Below are positions 1 through 9,295 of a DNA stretch of 32,000 nucleotides, piece by piece. The stretch is taken from NCBI GenBank assembly GCA_900234795.1, contig LT962688.1, positions 270,001 through 302,000 on the forward strand, written 5' to 3'. The position numbers and the translations under genes were made by a program. Position 1 is the first letter of the stretch, and every line of letters begins with the position of its first letter. Below the pieces are notes generated by a model that did not search any database, was not told the origin of the DNA, and saw nothing but the letters and a program-made list of their open reading frames with translations. The DNA comes from Methylorubrum extorquens. Lineage in GTDB: Bacteria > Pseudomonadota > Alphaproteobacteria > Rhizobiales > Beijerinckiaceae.

Positions 1-86
1 CGACGTCCGGCACGAGAGGATCGTCGGGTTGCCGATCCGATCAGAGCCGACCGGTGACGGAACTGCGGCGGCCCTCTCGTCGGGGG

Positions 87-590
87 TCAGGCCGCCTTCT
101 GGTTCACGCGGCTCTCAGCCAGAGCCGTAAGCTTCTGATCGGTCGCCTTCTCCTCGTCGAGCGTCTGCTGGAGCACCGCCGCGCAATCGTCGCGGCCGAG
201 CCGCTTGGCCCAGGCGACGAGGGTGCCGTAGCGGGCGATCTCGTAATGCTCGACCGCCTGCGCCGCCGCGAGCAGGGCAGCGTCCAGCACTTCCTTATCG
301 GCGACCTCGCCGGCGGTTTCGTTGGCTTCCTTGATGATCCCGTCGATGGCAGGGCAGTTGACCGCCTTCGGCTTGTGGCCGTGCATCTCGAACACCTGTT
401 CGAGGCGTTTGATCTGGCCTTCCGTCTCGCGCAGATGCGTCTCGAAGCCCTGGCGAAGCTGCGCGTTCGTCGCCTTCCCGATCATCGTCGGCAAAGCTTT
501 GGTGATCTGGTTCTCGGCGTAATAGACGTCCTGCAACGTGTGCACGAAGAGGTCGTCCAGCGATTTGATGTCCTTCGTGAACAGACCCAT
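87..590 (-). CDS. DUF892 / YciE-YciF family ferritin-like stress protein
   Basis: Part of track ORF 87..620(-). The internal ATG at 590 is preceded by GGAGGA. The protein (MGLFTKDIKSLDDLFVHTLQDVYYAENQITKALP...AVEHYEIARYGTL) has the typical DUF892 four-helix ferritin-like pattern. Confidence 0.85.
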   Translation of the reverse strand: MGLFTKDIKSLDDLFVHTLQDVYYAENQITKALPTMIGKATNAQLRQGFETHLRETEGQIKRLEQVFEMHGHKPKAVNCPAIDGIIKEANETAGEVADKEVLDAALLAAAQAVEHYEIARYGTLVAWAKRLGRDDCAAVLQQTLDEEKATDQKLTALAESRVNQKAA

Positions 591-871
591 GGCGTCCTCC
601 TGTAATGGTCTCGGGCCCATGCCTGAGCACGTCCCATCACAGGGGAATCCCGACGGCGCTGCGGCGGTTCCGATATGCCGGCCAGAGGGCCTGACATCGC
701 CAACGGCTTCGCTTCACGTTTGGGACAACATAGTTCTATTTCCCCATTCCTGCCTCGCCCTGCGGTCACAGCCGTCGCGGGGCCTGAAGCCGCTTCTATC
801 CGGCCCTCGGCAAGTCCGTTACGAGATCCCCGCGCACGGCATGCGGCAAGGCGATCGGACGAGGTGACGGC

Positions 872-2206
872 ATGGCGGATGCGCTCACGAGCAAGGTGGC
901 GCGGCGCCTGCTGCCCTTCCTGATGCTGTGCTACTTCTTCGCCTATCTCGACCGGGTGAATGTCGGCTTCGCCGCACTCACCATGAACCGGGATCTCGGC
1001 CTGTCGGCGACGGCCTACGGGTTCGGCGCGGGTCTGTTCTTTCTCGGTTACGTCGCCTTCGAGGTGCCGAGCAACCTGATCCTGGAGCGGGTCGGGGCGC
1101 GGCTCTGGATCGCGCGGATCATGGTGACCTGGTCGCTGGTTTCGGCCTCGACTGCGCTCGTCGTCGGCGAATGGTCGTTCTACCTCGTGCGCGTCGGACT
1201 CGGGCTCGCCGAAGCCGGCTTCTTCCCCGGCATCATCCTCTATCTCACCTACTGGTTTCCCGCCCGACAGCGCGCCGGCATCGTCGGCACCTTCATGATG
1301 GCGGTGCCGCTCTCGGCGGCGATCGGTGCGCCGCTCTCGGGCCTCGTCATGAGCCTCACCGACGGCTGGCTCGGGCTCGCGGGCTGGCAGTGGCTCTACC
1401 TGCTGGAGGCCGCACCCAGCCTGCTTCTTGGCATCGCGACCCTGTTCGTGCTGACCGACCGGCCGGAACGCGCCTCCTGGCTGACCGCCGAGGAGCGGGC
1501 GAGCCTCGTGGCGCGGATGGCGGAGGATCGCCGGCTCAGCCCGAACCGGACGGCGCATCTGGGTGCAGCCCTGCTCGACCCGCGGGTGCTCGGCCTCGGG
1601 CTGGTCTATTTCGGGCTCAGCACCGGCCTCTACGCCGTCGGCCTGTGGTTGCCGCAGATCGTGAGCGGCTTCGGCTTCACGACGACGGCAACGGGGTTCG
1701 TGACCGCCGTGCCCTACATCGTCTCGGCTGCGGGCATGCTGCTCTGGACGCGCCATTCCGACCGCACGGGTGAGCGCACCCGACATGTCGCGATCCCGAC
1801 CGTGGCCGCCGGCCTCGCCCTCTTCGCCGCCAGCCGAGCCGGCACACCGCTCCTTACCATTGCCGCACTCAGTGCGGCGGCGCTCGGCGTTTTCGCGGCT
1901 CTGCCGACCTTCTGGACACTGCCCACCCGCCTCCTCACCGGCAGCGCGGCCGCGGGCGGCATCGCCCTAATCAACGCGCTCGGAAGCCTCGGCGGATTTG
2001 CCGGACCCGCTCTCATGGGCTGGATCCGCGATGCGACCGGCCGCTTCGACGACGCGTTGGCAGCGGTTGCCGCCGTGCTGGTTCTGGCAGGGCTCGCGGT
2101 TCTCCGCCTCGGCCGGGACATCACGCGGGATACGGGCGCAAGCGCGGATGCCGGACCGGCCCGAAGCCCCGAGGGAGCCTCTCGATCGGCGCCACATCGG
2201 CAGTGA
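872..2206 (+). CDS. MFS transporter, anion:cation symporter (ACS) family (tartrate/phthalate-permease-like)
   Basis: 444-aa ORF with ATG at 872 and GAGG 7 nt upstream. It has multiple hydrophobic spans. The N-terminal motif LCYFFAYLDRVNVGFAAL...GLFFLGYVAFEVPSNL is typical of ACS-family MFS permeases. Confidence 0.85.
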   Translation: MADALTSKVARRLLPFLMLCYFFAYLDRVNVGFAALTMNRDLGLSATAYGFGAGLFFLGYVAFEVPSNLILERVGARLWIARIMVTWSLVSASTALVVGEWSFYLVRVGLGLAEAGFFPGIILYLTYWFPARQRAGIVGTFMMAVPLSAAIGAPLSGLVMSLTDGWLGLAGWQWLYLLEAAPSLLLGIATLFVLTDRPERASWLTAEERASLVARMAEDRRLSPNRTAHLGAALLDPRVLGLGLVYFGLSTGLYAVGLWLPQIVSGFGFTTTATGFVTAVPYIVSAAGMLLWTRHSDRTGERTRHVAIPTVAAGLALFAASRAGTPLLTIAALSAAALGVFAALPTFWTLPTRLLTGSAAAGGIALINALGSLGGFAGPALMGWIRDATGRFDDALAAVAAVLVLAGLAVLRLGRDITRDTGASADAGPARSPEGASRSAPHRQ

Positions 2207-2603
2207 TACCGACGGATACGGCGCGGCGATCTGCCAGATGGGCGTTGAGCCCCCACAGGGTGGCGGACCGGCGGCGCTGACCCTGTCGCCGATGACCGAG
2301 GCGGGAAAAACGGAAGTCAGCGCGTTGCCGGATCAGGGGCGGCAAGCTTTCCCTCAGCCGCCTCTCAGCAGAATGGCCCGTATCCAGGACACCGGTTGGT
2401 GGATGAGAATGTGGCGATCGTTATCGCGCCGCATCTTGGGGCGAGTCCTTTGACACCTTCTCCCGGAAGGAAAAGCTGAATTGCAAATGCGTCAATATAT
2501 GTTGGGTCCGCTCTCAGCGCTCCTCTGCTATCGAGGTCCCAAGTGGAGCGCCAGCGCACAATCTGGTCGCAAGAACGCATTCGCTCGTTAGAGAAACCGG
2601 GAT

Positions 2604-3620
2604 ATGCCCGCGGCCGTGTCCCCGATCATGCCCCACGAAATCCTTCGCATGGTCGAAGGCTTCGGCCTGACCGGAACGTGGTCGTGGACCTTCGCCACCG
2701 ATCGGCACGTCTGGTCGCCGGGTCTGTTTCGCATTCTCGGCCTCGAACCGACGTCAGCCCGGGCGGAATACGGCCTGCTCTTCGCCCTCGTCCATCCGGA
2801 GGACCGGGACAGCATCACCTCGACGTCGGAGTTGCTTCAGACCGGCCACATGATCCAGCAGACCTTCCGGATCATTCGCCCGGATGGAACGCTGCGCACG
2901 GTGATGAGCCGCGGCGAGGTGGTCATGGCGGCGGACGGGCGCCCGCTTCAGGCCATGGGTGTGCTGATCGATGTGAGCGATCGTGAGATGCTGGCGCGCG
3001 CGCAGGCCGCGGACCGTCGGCGCAAGAGAGCGCTCTTCGAGCAGACCAGGGCGTTCACCTCCGTCACCGCCGTCTACCCCTACACCGACTTTTCCCCCGA
3101 GTGGCTGGAGCTGGTCGGGTTGCCGAGACAGGCCCTGCTCGAGGAGCCGACACTGCCCGTCCTGAAGGAGGAACGTGCGCGTTGGCGCGACCACGGTCGA
3201 GAACTCTACCTCACGCGGCAGGTCGTCCACACGCGTCCGCGTCTCATTCTGGCAAGCGGCGAGATCGTACCCTATCGCATGGTGATGGTGCCAATGCGGA
3301 ACGCGAGCGGCGCCGACGACGGTTGGGTGAACTACATCGCGCCGCTCCATCTCGACGGGGCCGTGCCCGGGGTCATGCGCGAGAGCCTGGAGCAGCTTGT
3401 CCGCGGCATCCATTTGCGGGCGGGTCGCGCTCTGCTCGACTGGTCGATGCAGCAACTCGCCGAAGCGGCCGGACTCTCGTTCTCGACCGTCCGCCGGCTC
3501 GAGGACGAGGACGTGAGTGCCTCCCGGCGCGCGTTGCAGGCCGCGATGAGGGCCTTGCGGACGCACGGGATCGTCTTCTCGTTCATGGATGACGGGACGA
3601 TCGCCCTCGGGAAAGTCTGA
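2604..3620 (+). CDS. PAS-domain protein with C-terminal XRE-like helix-turn-helix (sensor/transcription regulator fusion)
   Basis: 338-aa ORF. The N-terminus has a PAS_3-like pattern (GTWSWTFATDRHVWSPGLFRILGLEP...LVHPEDRD...FRIIRPDGTLRTV...GVLIDVSDRE). The C-terminus LRAGRALLDWSMQQLAEAAGLSFSTVRRLEDED...HGIVFSF resembles small XRE-type HTH regulators. Confidence 0.8.
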   Translation: MPAAVSPIMPHEILRMVEGFGLTGTWSWTFATDRHVWSPGLFRILGLEPTSARAEYGLLFALVHPEDRDSITSTSELLQTGHMIQQTFRIIRPDGTLRTVMSRGEVVMAADGRPLQAMGVLIDVSDREMLARAQAADRRRKRALFEQTRAFTSVTAVYPYTDFSPEWLELVGLPRQALLEEPTLPVLKEERARWRDHGRELYLTRQVVHTRPRLILASGEIVPYRMVMVPMRNASGADDGWVNYIAPLHLDGAVPGVMRESLEQLVRGIHLRAGRALLDWSMQQLAEAAGLSFSTVRRLEDEDVSASRRALQAAMRALRTHGIVFSFMDDGTIALGKV

Positions 3621-3694
3621 GCCGTCCCGCTCGCCTCGCGCGCAGACGGAATGCTGCCCCAAACCCCGGCTCGATGCCGATCCAGCCTGCCCGA

Positions 3695-4075
3695 TCAGGT
3701 CGTCGACGGCGACCGCGCAACCCGTGAGCGGGGCAGGACCGAGGAGGCCAGCATCGGGCTTGTTGGGCGTATCAGGCGAACTTTGCGGTGGAGTGCGGCA
3801 TGGACATCGCCCGGCACCGCAGCAACGGGAAGGCTGGCTTCGCTCCCGTGCGTCGTGTCCGTCGGGTGCGCTGGCTCCACGGCGACCGCTTTCTTTGCAA
3901 TCACCGGCGCCGGCTTACGGTACGGGACGAGCCGGGTCGCTCCGAAGAAAATGAGACCGACGAGGCCCCAGCCCACCGAACCGATGTTCGGCTCACCAGC
4001 CAACATCATCACCAGCAAGCCGCCGAGAGCGGCGGCCACACCCAGTAGTCGGAGCTCGGCGGCAAGTGAACCCAT
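3695..4075 (-). CDS. hypothetical small membrane protein (weak call)
   Basis: 126-aa ORF whose N-terminal half has two hydrophobic helices (LLGVAAALGGLLVMMLAG, GWGLVGLIFFGA). The C-terminal half is R/S-rich and unconvincing, there is no clear SD, and it lies in a compositionally atypical block. Confidence 0.3.
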   Translation of the reverse strand: MGSLAAELRLLGVAAALGGLLVMMLAGEPNIGSVGWGLVGLIFFGATRLVPYRKPAPVIAKKAVAVEPAHPTDTTHGSEASLPVAAVPGDVHAALHRKVRLIRPTSPMLASSVLPRSRVARSPSTT

Positions 4076-4973
4076 GGCTGCGTTCTACGAAGCCGCGGTT
4101 GCGAGGGCGTATACGTGACTGGTCGCATTTGAAGAGTTGGCTTCGGGTACACGCAGAGGGCGCGCGAAGGTCCACGCATCGCACAGCAACCACGACCGCG
4201 GCGGCGCCGAACAGATGCAATCGGTCCAAGATCACGAAATAGTCAGCGCCCACCGGCGAAGCTTGACAACACGCGAAAGTATCATTTGAATTGTTTGGCT
4301 GCGCCGATACTGTCAGGCCGGCGGCTGGTGGGTCGGCATCTTCATCGTTGTCGGCCCACCAATCTCACGCCTTGGCTGTGGTAGGGCGCGCGAATACGAT
4401 CACGGGTGTATATTTCGTTGCCGTAACTCGGCACGATAGCGACCGCCGGATCGAAAAATTCTTTGCGCCTCGCGTGGCGGGCGTTCCGTTCCGGATGCTC
4501 GAGTTGTCAGTTCCATCGACGGCGATCACGCGCGGTTGCCATGAGTGGCGCGCGGCGAACGTCGTGATGGTTGCGCCTTCGGGCCGTACTCCGGCTGTAT
4601 GGCGCCCGACGAAAATCGATCCATTCGAGATCGTCTTCCAGCAGCGATGAGGCGAGGGCTGCCCCCGGCCGGTTTCCGCTGCAGACACTTCACCGAAGGG
4701 CAGGGGCAAGCCAAACTCACGGAGAGGCGTGGGACCGTTCCAAGCCCCCGAACAGGCTCAGTCTCGATAGGACGCGCCTCGTGCGGGGAAGATGATTCAA
4801 AAATTGGAGGCCGGCGGATTGTCCGAAATCTGCCACCCTAGGCGTGCCAATCGCGTTTACGGACAAGGACGAACGGGCGCGGTACGCGCATCCATCGGAT
4901 TGTGACGGGGCCGGAATGTCGATCTTGTCTGCCGGGGGGAGAAAAGGCGAAACGGATGCATGGAAGGCCGCCC

Positions 4974-5429
4974 ATGACCGCTTCTGTTCCCGGGTTATCG
5001 CGCAAGGCGCTGGCAGACCGCCTCTCGAAAGAGATGGCCGAGGCCGAGCGCCAGGGCTTCGGAACGTCGACGGTCTGGCTCACCCGTGAAGAGACCGACC
5101 TGATCTGCGCAGCCCTCGAAGCGGCCCCCACGGACGATGGTAGGCGCCTCGATTTCCTCGACCGGTGCGTGGCCGCCATGACCGCACGGGACGGATCGGA
5201 CCGCGGGTGGCGGATGTCCATCGACCAGGACCGCTTGACGCTCGGCACGACGGTCGACACGCACGGCCTCCCGTCCTGCCGAGACGCCATCGATGAAAGA
5301 ACGGCCGAGCTGCAACGCGCTCAAGCGATGGCAACCGGAGAAAAGCATCGAGAGGAGCCATTGCCGACCCGCCCCGACGGCCCCCATGATTTTACGCCCC
5401 GCCCCTACGCACGTGGCGGCAAAGCATAG
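4974..5429 (+). CDS. hypothetical protein
   Basis: In-frame part of track ORF 4902..5429. The ATG at 4974 is preceded by GGAAGG at about 6 nt. Third-codon positions are GC-rich when read by eye. I recognise no family. ATG 4956 is an alternative start. Confidence 0.45.
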   Translation: MTASVPGLSRKALADRLSKEMAEAERQGFGTSTVWLTREETDLICAALEAAPTDDGRRLDFLDRCVAAMTARDGSDRGWRMSIDQDRLTLGTTVDTHGLPSCRDAIDERTAELQRAQAMATGEKHREEPLPTRPDGPHDFTPRPYARGGKA

Positions 5430-5861
5430 CGCATCGCGATCGCGACTGCATTAGGCGCGCCTTATGTCGATTTTCACGTTGAATATTATATTGCCGCAAA
5501 CTGATCAACTTTTCATTCCGGACGAAACAAATAAATACGATCTCTTCCGGCGGCTTTCTCTGATCTATTTGATGCGGAAGACCGTGAATGCACGGCGCTC
5601 TCCACCCGTAGTTCGATTGGGCGGCACCCGGAGGTGCTGACCTTCGCGTTCACCGCACCGACGCGGCCAATCAGGGGCAGGGGCCGACCGCAAGGGCCGT
5701 CTCATCCACCCGTTGCGCCCGTTCATCGAGCTGGGCAAACGGGGCCGAGGCGCTCCGGCGCCATTTGTGCATCTGCTGCGAACCGGCGTTCAGGCGGCTC
5801 GAAGCGGACACGCGCGGTCGAGAACGTTTGCCCTCTGTCAAAAGGTTGATGCACGTCCGCG

Positions 5862-6563
5862 ATGAGACAGGGTGAGACGAACTCCCCGACCGACCGTGTC
5901 GGAACGATCTGCCGATCCTTGCGGCGGGCGATCGTGGAGCGGGCCCTGACCCCGGGAGACCGATTGCCGGAGGACGCGCTCGGCGAGCGGTTCAGCGTCA
6001 GCCGGACCATCGCGCGGCAGGCGCTCGGCCAGCTCGCGGGCGAGGGCTTGGTCGAACTGCGCCGGAACCGCATCGCCGTGGTCGCGAGCCCAAGCTGGGA
6101 GGAGGCGCGCGATACCTTCGACGTACGGATCAGCCTGGAGCGCCTCGTGGTCCAGCGCCTCGCCGGCCGTCTGAGCGCCGAGCAGCGGGCCGTGCTGGAG
6201 GCCCATATCGCGGGCGAGGAGCAGGCGAGCGGTGGGCCGGAGGCGGCCTCGATCCGGCTCGCCACCGAGTTTCACCTGCTGCTCGCCGAGATGACCGGGA
6301 GTCCGGTTCTGCGCCGCTACGTCGCCGAACTGGGCTACCGCTGTGCCCTGATCCTGTCGCTCTACAGCCGGCCGCACTCGTCGGACTGCGCGGTGAGCGA
6401 GCACCGGGAGATCGTGGCGGCGCTCGTCGCGGGCGATGCCGGGCGCGCAACCACCCTGATGGATCACCATCTCGACGCGGTGGCGGAGCGGGCGCGCATC
6501 CTGAAGGAGCCCAGGCGCGAGCGCGACCTCATCCACCTGCTCGCGCCCTACATCGACGGCTGA
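5862..6563 (+). CDS. GntR-family transcriptional regulator (FadR/FCD subfamily)
   Basis: 233-aa ORF. The N-terminal winged HTH (LRRAIVERALTPGDRLPEDALGERFSVSRTIARQALGQLAGEGLVELRRNR) is followed by an all-helical FCD-like C-terminal domain (EHREIVAALVAGDAGRATTLMDHHL). Confidence 0.85.
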   Translation: MRQGETNSPTDRVGTICRSLRRAIVERALTPGDRLPEDALGERFSVSRTIARQALGQLAGEGLVELRRNRIAVVASPSWEEARDTFDVRISLERLVVQRLAGRLSAEQRAVLEAHIAGEEQASGGPEAASIRLATEFHLLLAEMTGSPVLRRYVAELGYRCALILSLYSRPHSSDCAVSEHREIVAALVAGDAGRATTLMDHHLDAVAERARILKEPRRERDLIHLLAPYIDG

Positions 6564-6567
6564 CGGG

Positions 6568-6978
6568 TCAGGCCGATCCGCCCTGCCGTTCGAGCAGGCG
6601 CTCGGCGCTGTCGTTCCACACCTCCATCGAGACGATCAGACCGTCCCGCACGGTGAAGCGGTCGACGTAGCGATTGCCCTCGAACGCCGTGCCGTCCGGC
6701 CATGCGCCGTAGAGGGTGCCGAGACTGTAGACCGTGGTGAAGCCCTCGCCCGGCACCACGTCGAGCCGCTCCATCCGCTTCTTCACCCAGGCGTATCGCC
6801 CGGCGTTGAACGCCGTCACCTCGCGCGGATGGTGGAACACCCGGCCGCCGGTGAAGACGATCGCGATACCGGGCGCCATGTAGCCCGCCGCGGTCTCGGG
6901 ATCGGGCACCATCGAGGCTTCCAGATAGGCCGTCACCGCCGCCGCATCGCGCGCGCTCTCCGTTGCCTTCGCATCCAT
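6568..6978 (-). CDS. SnoaL-like / NTF2-fold protein
   Basis: C-terminal 136 aa of the artefactually long track ORF 6568..8178(-). ATG at 6978 has GGAGA upstream. The sequence ends ...GNRYVDRFTVRDGLIVSMEVWNDSAE, typical of the SnoaL/ketosteroid-isomerase-like fold. Confidence 0.7.
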   Translation of the reverse strand: MDAKATESARDAAAVTAYLEASMVPDPETAAGYMAPGIAIVFTGGRVFHHPREVTAFNAGRYAWVKKRMERLDVVPGEGFTTVYSLGTLYGAWPDGTAFEGNRYVDRFTVRDGLIVSMEVWNDSAERLLERQGGSA

Positions 6979-7030
6979 ACCGCAATCTCCTTGGTCTCGG
7001 CCGTGGTGCCCTGAACATGCTGCCGCCGGG

Positions 7031-7081
7031 GCACGCGTGCATGCAGAAAGTGTATGCACTTTGCCGCGACTTTGTGCACAA
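7031..7081. promoter_or_regulatory. cluster of GTGC/GCAC-core palindromes; candidate GntR-type operators in a divergent promoter region
   Basis: Read directly from the sequence:
- GCACGCGTGC (7031-7040)
- TGCATGCA (7038-7045)
- AAAGTG-TATG-CACTTT (7047-7062)
- TTGTGCACAA (7072-7081)
All lie between the SnoaL-like start (6978, -) and the SBP start (7189, +). GntR-family operators are generally GT-Nx-AC palindromes. Confidence 0.4.
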
Positions 7082-7188
7082 TTGGTGGGCGGCGGGCTCC
7101 GGGCGGGAAAATGCAAGAAGAAACAAGCACGTTTCATCTGGCACGCCCGTTGCGGTCCTTGGTCGACCGCATACGGAGCCGGATCGCC

Positions 7189-8379
7189 ATGCCCCAACGC
7201 CTCAAGCCCACCCGCTCCCTCGCACGGCGTTTCGTCCTCGGCGCCCTTTTGGCGGGGGTCACGAGCATCGGTGCCGTCTGGGCCGCAGAGCCGGTGAAGA
7301 TCGGTCTCGTCACCGCGCTGAGCGGCCAGTCGGCGAAATCGGGCGAGGCGATCTCCCGCGGGATCGGGCTGGCGATCGAAGAGATCAACCGCAACGGCGG
7401 CGTCCTCGGCCGACCGCTGGAGCTGGTTGCCCGCGACGACGAGGCCAACCCGTCCAAGGGCGTGCTCGCCGCCCGCGAGCTGATCCAGCGTGCCGGTGTC
7501 GTCGCGCTGATCGGCGGCCTCGACACGCCGGTCTCGATGGCGATCGTGCCGATCGCGAACCAGATGAAGGTGCCCTTCGTCGGGCCCTGGGCAGCGGGCA
7601 CCGGCATCACCCGCAACGGCGCAGCCGACAACTACGTCTTCCGGGTCTCGGCGGTCGACGCGCTCGTGGACGAGGCCCTCGTCGCTTACGCGGTGAAGAC
7701 CTACGGAGCGAAGAAGCCGGGCGCGATCCTCGTCAACAACGCCTGGGGCGAGTCGAACCAGCAGGGGCTGGTTGCGGCGCTGAAGGCCGCGGGTCTCCCC
7801 AGCGCCGGCATCGAGAAGTACGAGGCCAACGACATCGACATGGTGCCGCAGCTCTCCCGGCTGCGTGAGGCGGGGGCCGACGCGCTGTTCCTCGTCGGCA
7901 ATGTCGGCCCCTCGGCCCAGGTGGTGAAGTCCCTCGACCGAATGGGCTGGACCGTGCCGGTGATCTCCCATTGGGGACCGGCGGGCGGGCGCTTCGATGA
8001 ACTCGCTGGGCCGGGTGCAGCGCGGGTGCACTTCGTCCAGACCTTCACCTTCGCGGGCAACGACAGCCCGAAGGCGAAGGCGGTGCTCGACGCGCTCAAG
8101 GCGAAGTACCCGGCGATCAAGTCCATGGCCGACGTCACGCCCGCCGTCGGCATCGCCAACGCCTACGATGCCACGCATTTGATCGCCCTGGCGATCCAGG
8201 CAGCGGGCGCCACCGAGGGGCCGAAGGTGCGCGACGGCTTCTACAAGGTCGCGCCCTATGCCGGCCTAATCAAGACCTTCGAGGCCCCCTTCGCACCGGG
8301 CCAGCACGACGCCCTGAAGCCGGACGACTACATCTTCGCAAGCTTTAAGAACGGCGAGATCGTCGCGGTGACCAAGTGA
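7189..8379 (+). CDS. ABC transporter substrate-binding protein, LivJ/LivK-like (type 1 periplasmic binding fold)
   Basis: In-frame part of track ORF 7054..8379. ATG 7189 has GGAG about 10 nt upstream. The signal peptide MPQRLKPTRSLARRFVLGALLAGVTSIGAVWA is followed by the mature part EPVKIGLVTALSGQSAKSGEAISRGIGLAIEEIN..., typical of branched-chain-amino-acid-type SBPs. Confidence 0.85.
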   Translation: MPQRLKPTRSLARRFVLGALLAGVTSIGAVWAAEPVKIGLVTALSGQSAKSGEAISRGIGLAIEEINRNGGVLGRPLELVARDDEANPSKGVLAARELIQRAGVVALIGGLDTPVSMAIVPIANQMKVPFVGPWAAGTGITRNGAADNYVFRVSAVDALVDEALVAYAVKTYGAKKPGAILVNNAWGESNQQGLVAALKAAGLPSAGIEKYEANDIDMVPQLSRLREAGADALFLVGNVGPSAQVVKSLDRMGWTVPVISHWGPAGGRFDELAGPGAARVHFVQTFTFAGNDSPKAKAVLDALKAKYPAIKSMADVTPAVGIANAYDATHLIALAIQAAGATEGPKVRDGFYKVAPYAGLIKTFEAPFAPGQHDALKPDDYIFASFKNGEIVAVTK

Positions 8380-8425
8380 ACGGCGTCCGGAGCCGCCTTC
8401 GCGGAAGAGGGCAGGGGATGTCACC

Positions 8426-9295
8426 ATGCTGACCAGCACCCTCGTCAGCGGGCTCGGCCTCGGCAGCATGTACGGGCTGGTGGCGCTCGGCTTCCACATC
8501 ACCTTCGCGGTCTCCGGCACGGTGAACTTCGCGCAAGGCAGCGCCGTCACCCTCGGGGCGGTGCTGGGCTACACCTTCGCGGTTCAGCTCGGCTGGCCGA
8601 TGCCGCTGGCGATCGCCGCGGCTTTGGCCGGCTGCGCAGGGCTCGGGCTCGCCGTGGAGCGCCTGCTGGTGCGCCCCTTCGTGGTGCGCGGCTCCGATGC
8701 ATGGCTCCTAGCGACGGTGGCCGGCGGCATCATCCTCGACAACGTCCTGCTGTTCACCTTCGGCAAGGAACCGCGCAGCCTACCCTCGGCGCTGGTCGCG
8801 GCGCCCGTGCAGGTTCTGGGCGCGGGCGTCTACCCGCTCCAGCTCATGATCCCGGTGGTTGGCGTTGCGGCGGCCGTCGCGATCCGCGCCGTGTTCCGCG
8901 GCACGGAACTCGGCCGGGTGCTGTTGGCGGTGGCGCAGAATTCCGAAGCCGCGCGGCTGATGGGCATCGACGTCGCCCGCACCGTGGCCTGCGCCTTCGC
9001 GCTCTCGGCCGTGCTCGCGGGCGCGGCGGGCCTGCTGATCGCGCCGCTCTTCTCCGTCTCGGCCGAGCTGGGCGCGCTGTTCGGGATCAAGGCCTTCGCG
9101 GTGGCGATTCTCGGCGGCATCGGCTCGGCCACCGGGGTCGTGCTGGCGGGCCTCCTCTACGGCCTCGTGGAGGCCGGCGTCACCGCCACGCTCGGCTCGG
9201 GCGCGACCCAGATCGTCGTCTTCTCGGTCATCATCCTCGCGCTGGCGCTCCGCCCGAACGGCCTGCTCGGCCGCGCCGCCGTCAACAAGGTCTGA
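8426..9295 (+). CDS. branched-chain amino acid-type ABC transporter permease (LivH-like)
   Basis: 289-aa polytopic ORF (LGSMYGLVALGFHITFAVSGTVNFAQG...) with a typical LivH/BPD_transp_2 pattern. Confidence 0.9.
   Translation: MLTSTLVSGLGLGSMYGLVALGFHITFAVSGTVNFAQGSAVTLGAVLGYTFAVQLGWPMPLAIAAALAGCAGLGLAVERLLVRPFVVRGSDAWLLATVAGGIILDNVLLFTFGKEPRSLPSALVAAPVQVLGAGVYPLQLMIPVVGVAAAVAIRAVFRGTELGRVLLAVAQNSEAARLMGIDVARTVACAFALSAVLAGAAGLLIAPLFSVSAELGALFGIKAFAVAILGGIGSATGVVLAGLLYGLVEAGVTATLGSGATQIVVFSVIILALALRPNGLLGRAAVNKV

Noticed and set aside
482-1786. Very long ORFs antisense or out of frame to confident genes. Examples: 482-1786(-), 15256-16191(-), 16223-17191(+), 20184-21662(-), 22411-23793(-), 25377-26942(-), 10225-11079(-).
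   Set aside because: They are Arg/Pro/Gly/Ala-rich products with no family resemblance, lying opposite genes with strong homology patterns (MFS, hemC, GSCFA, cpoB/tilS, ftsH, glmM, ABC). This is a typical stop-codon-poor artefact of ~70% GC DNA.
4291-4709. Two overlapping opposite-strand ORFs, 4291-4650(+) with 119 aa and 4365-4709(-) with 114 aa.
   Set aside because: Both have similar, moderate GC3 by hand count, and neither resembles a family I know. I could not justify calling either as a gene, so they are only discussed under the atypical-block finding.
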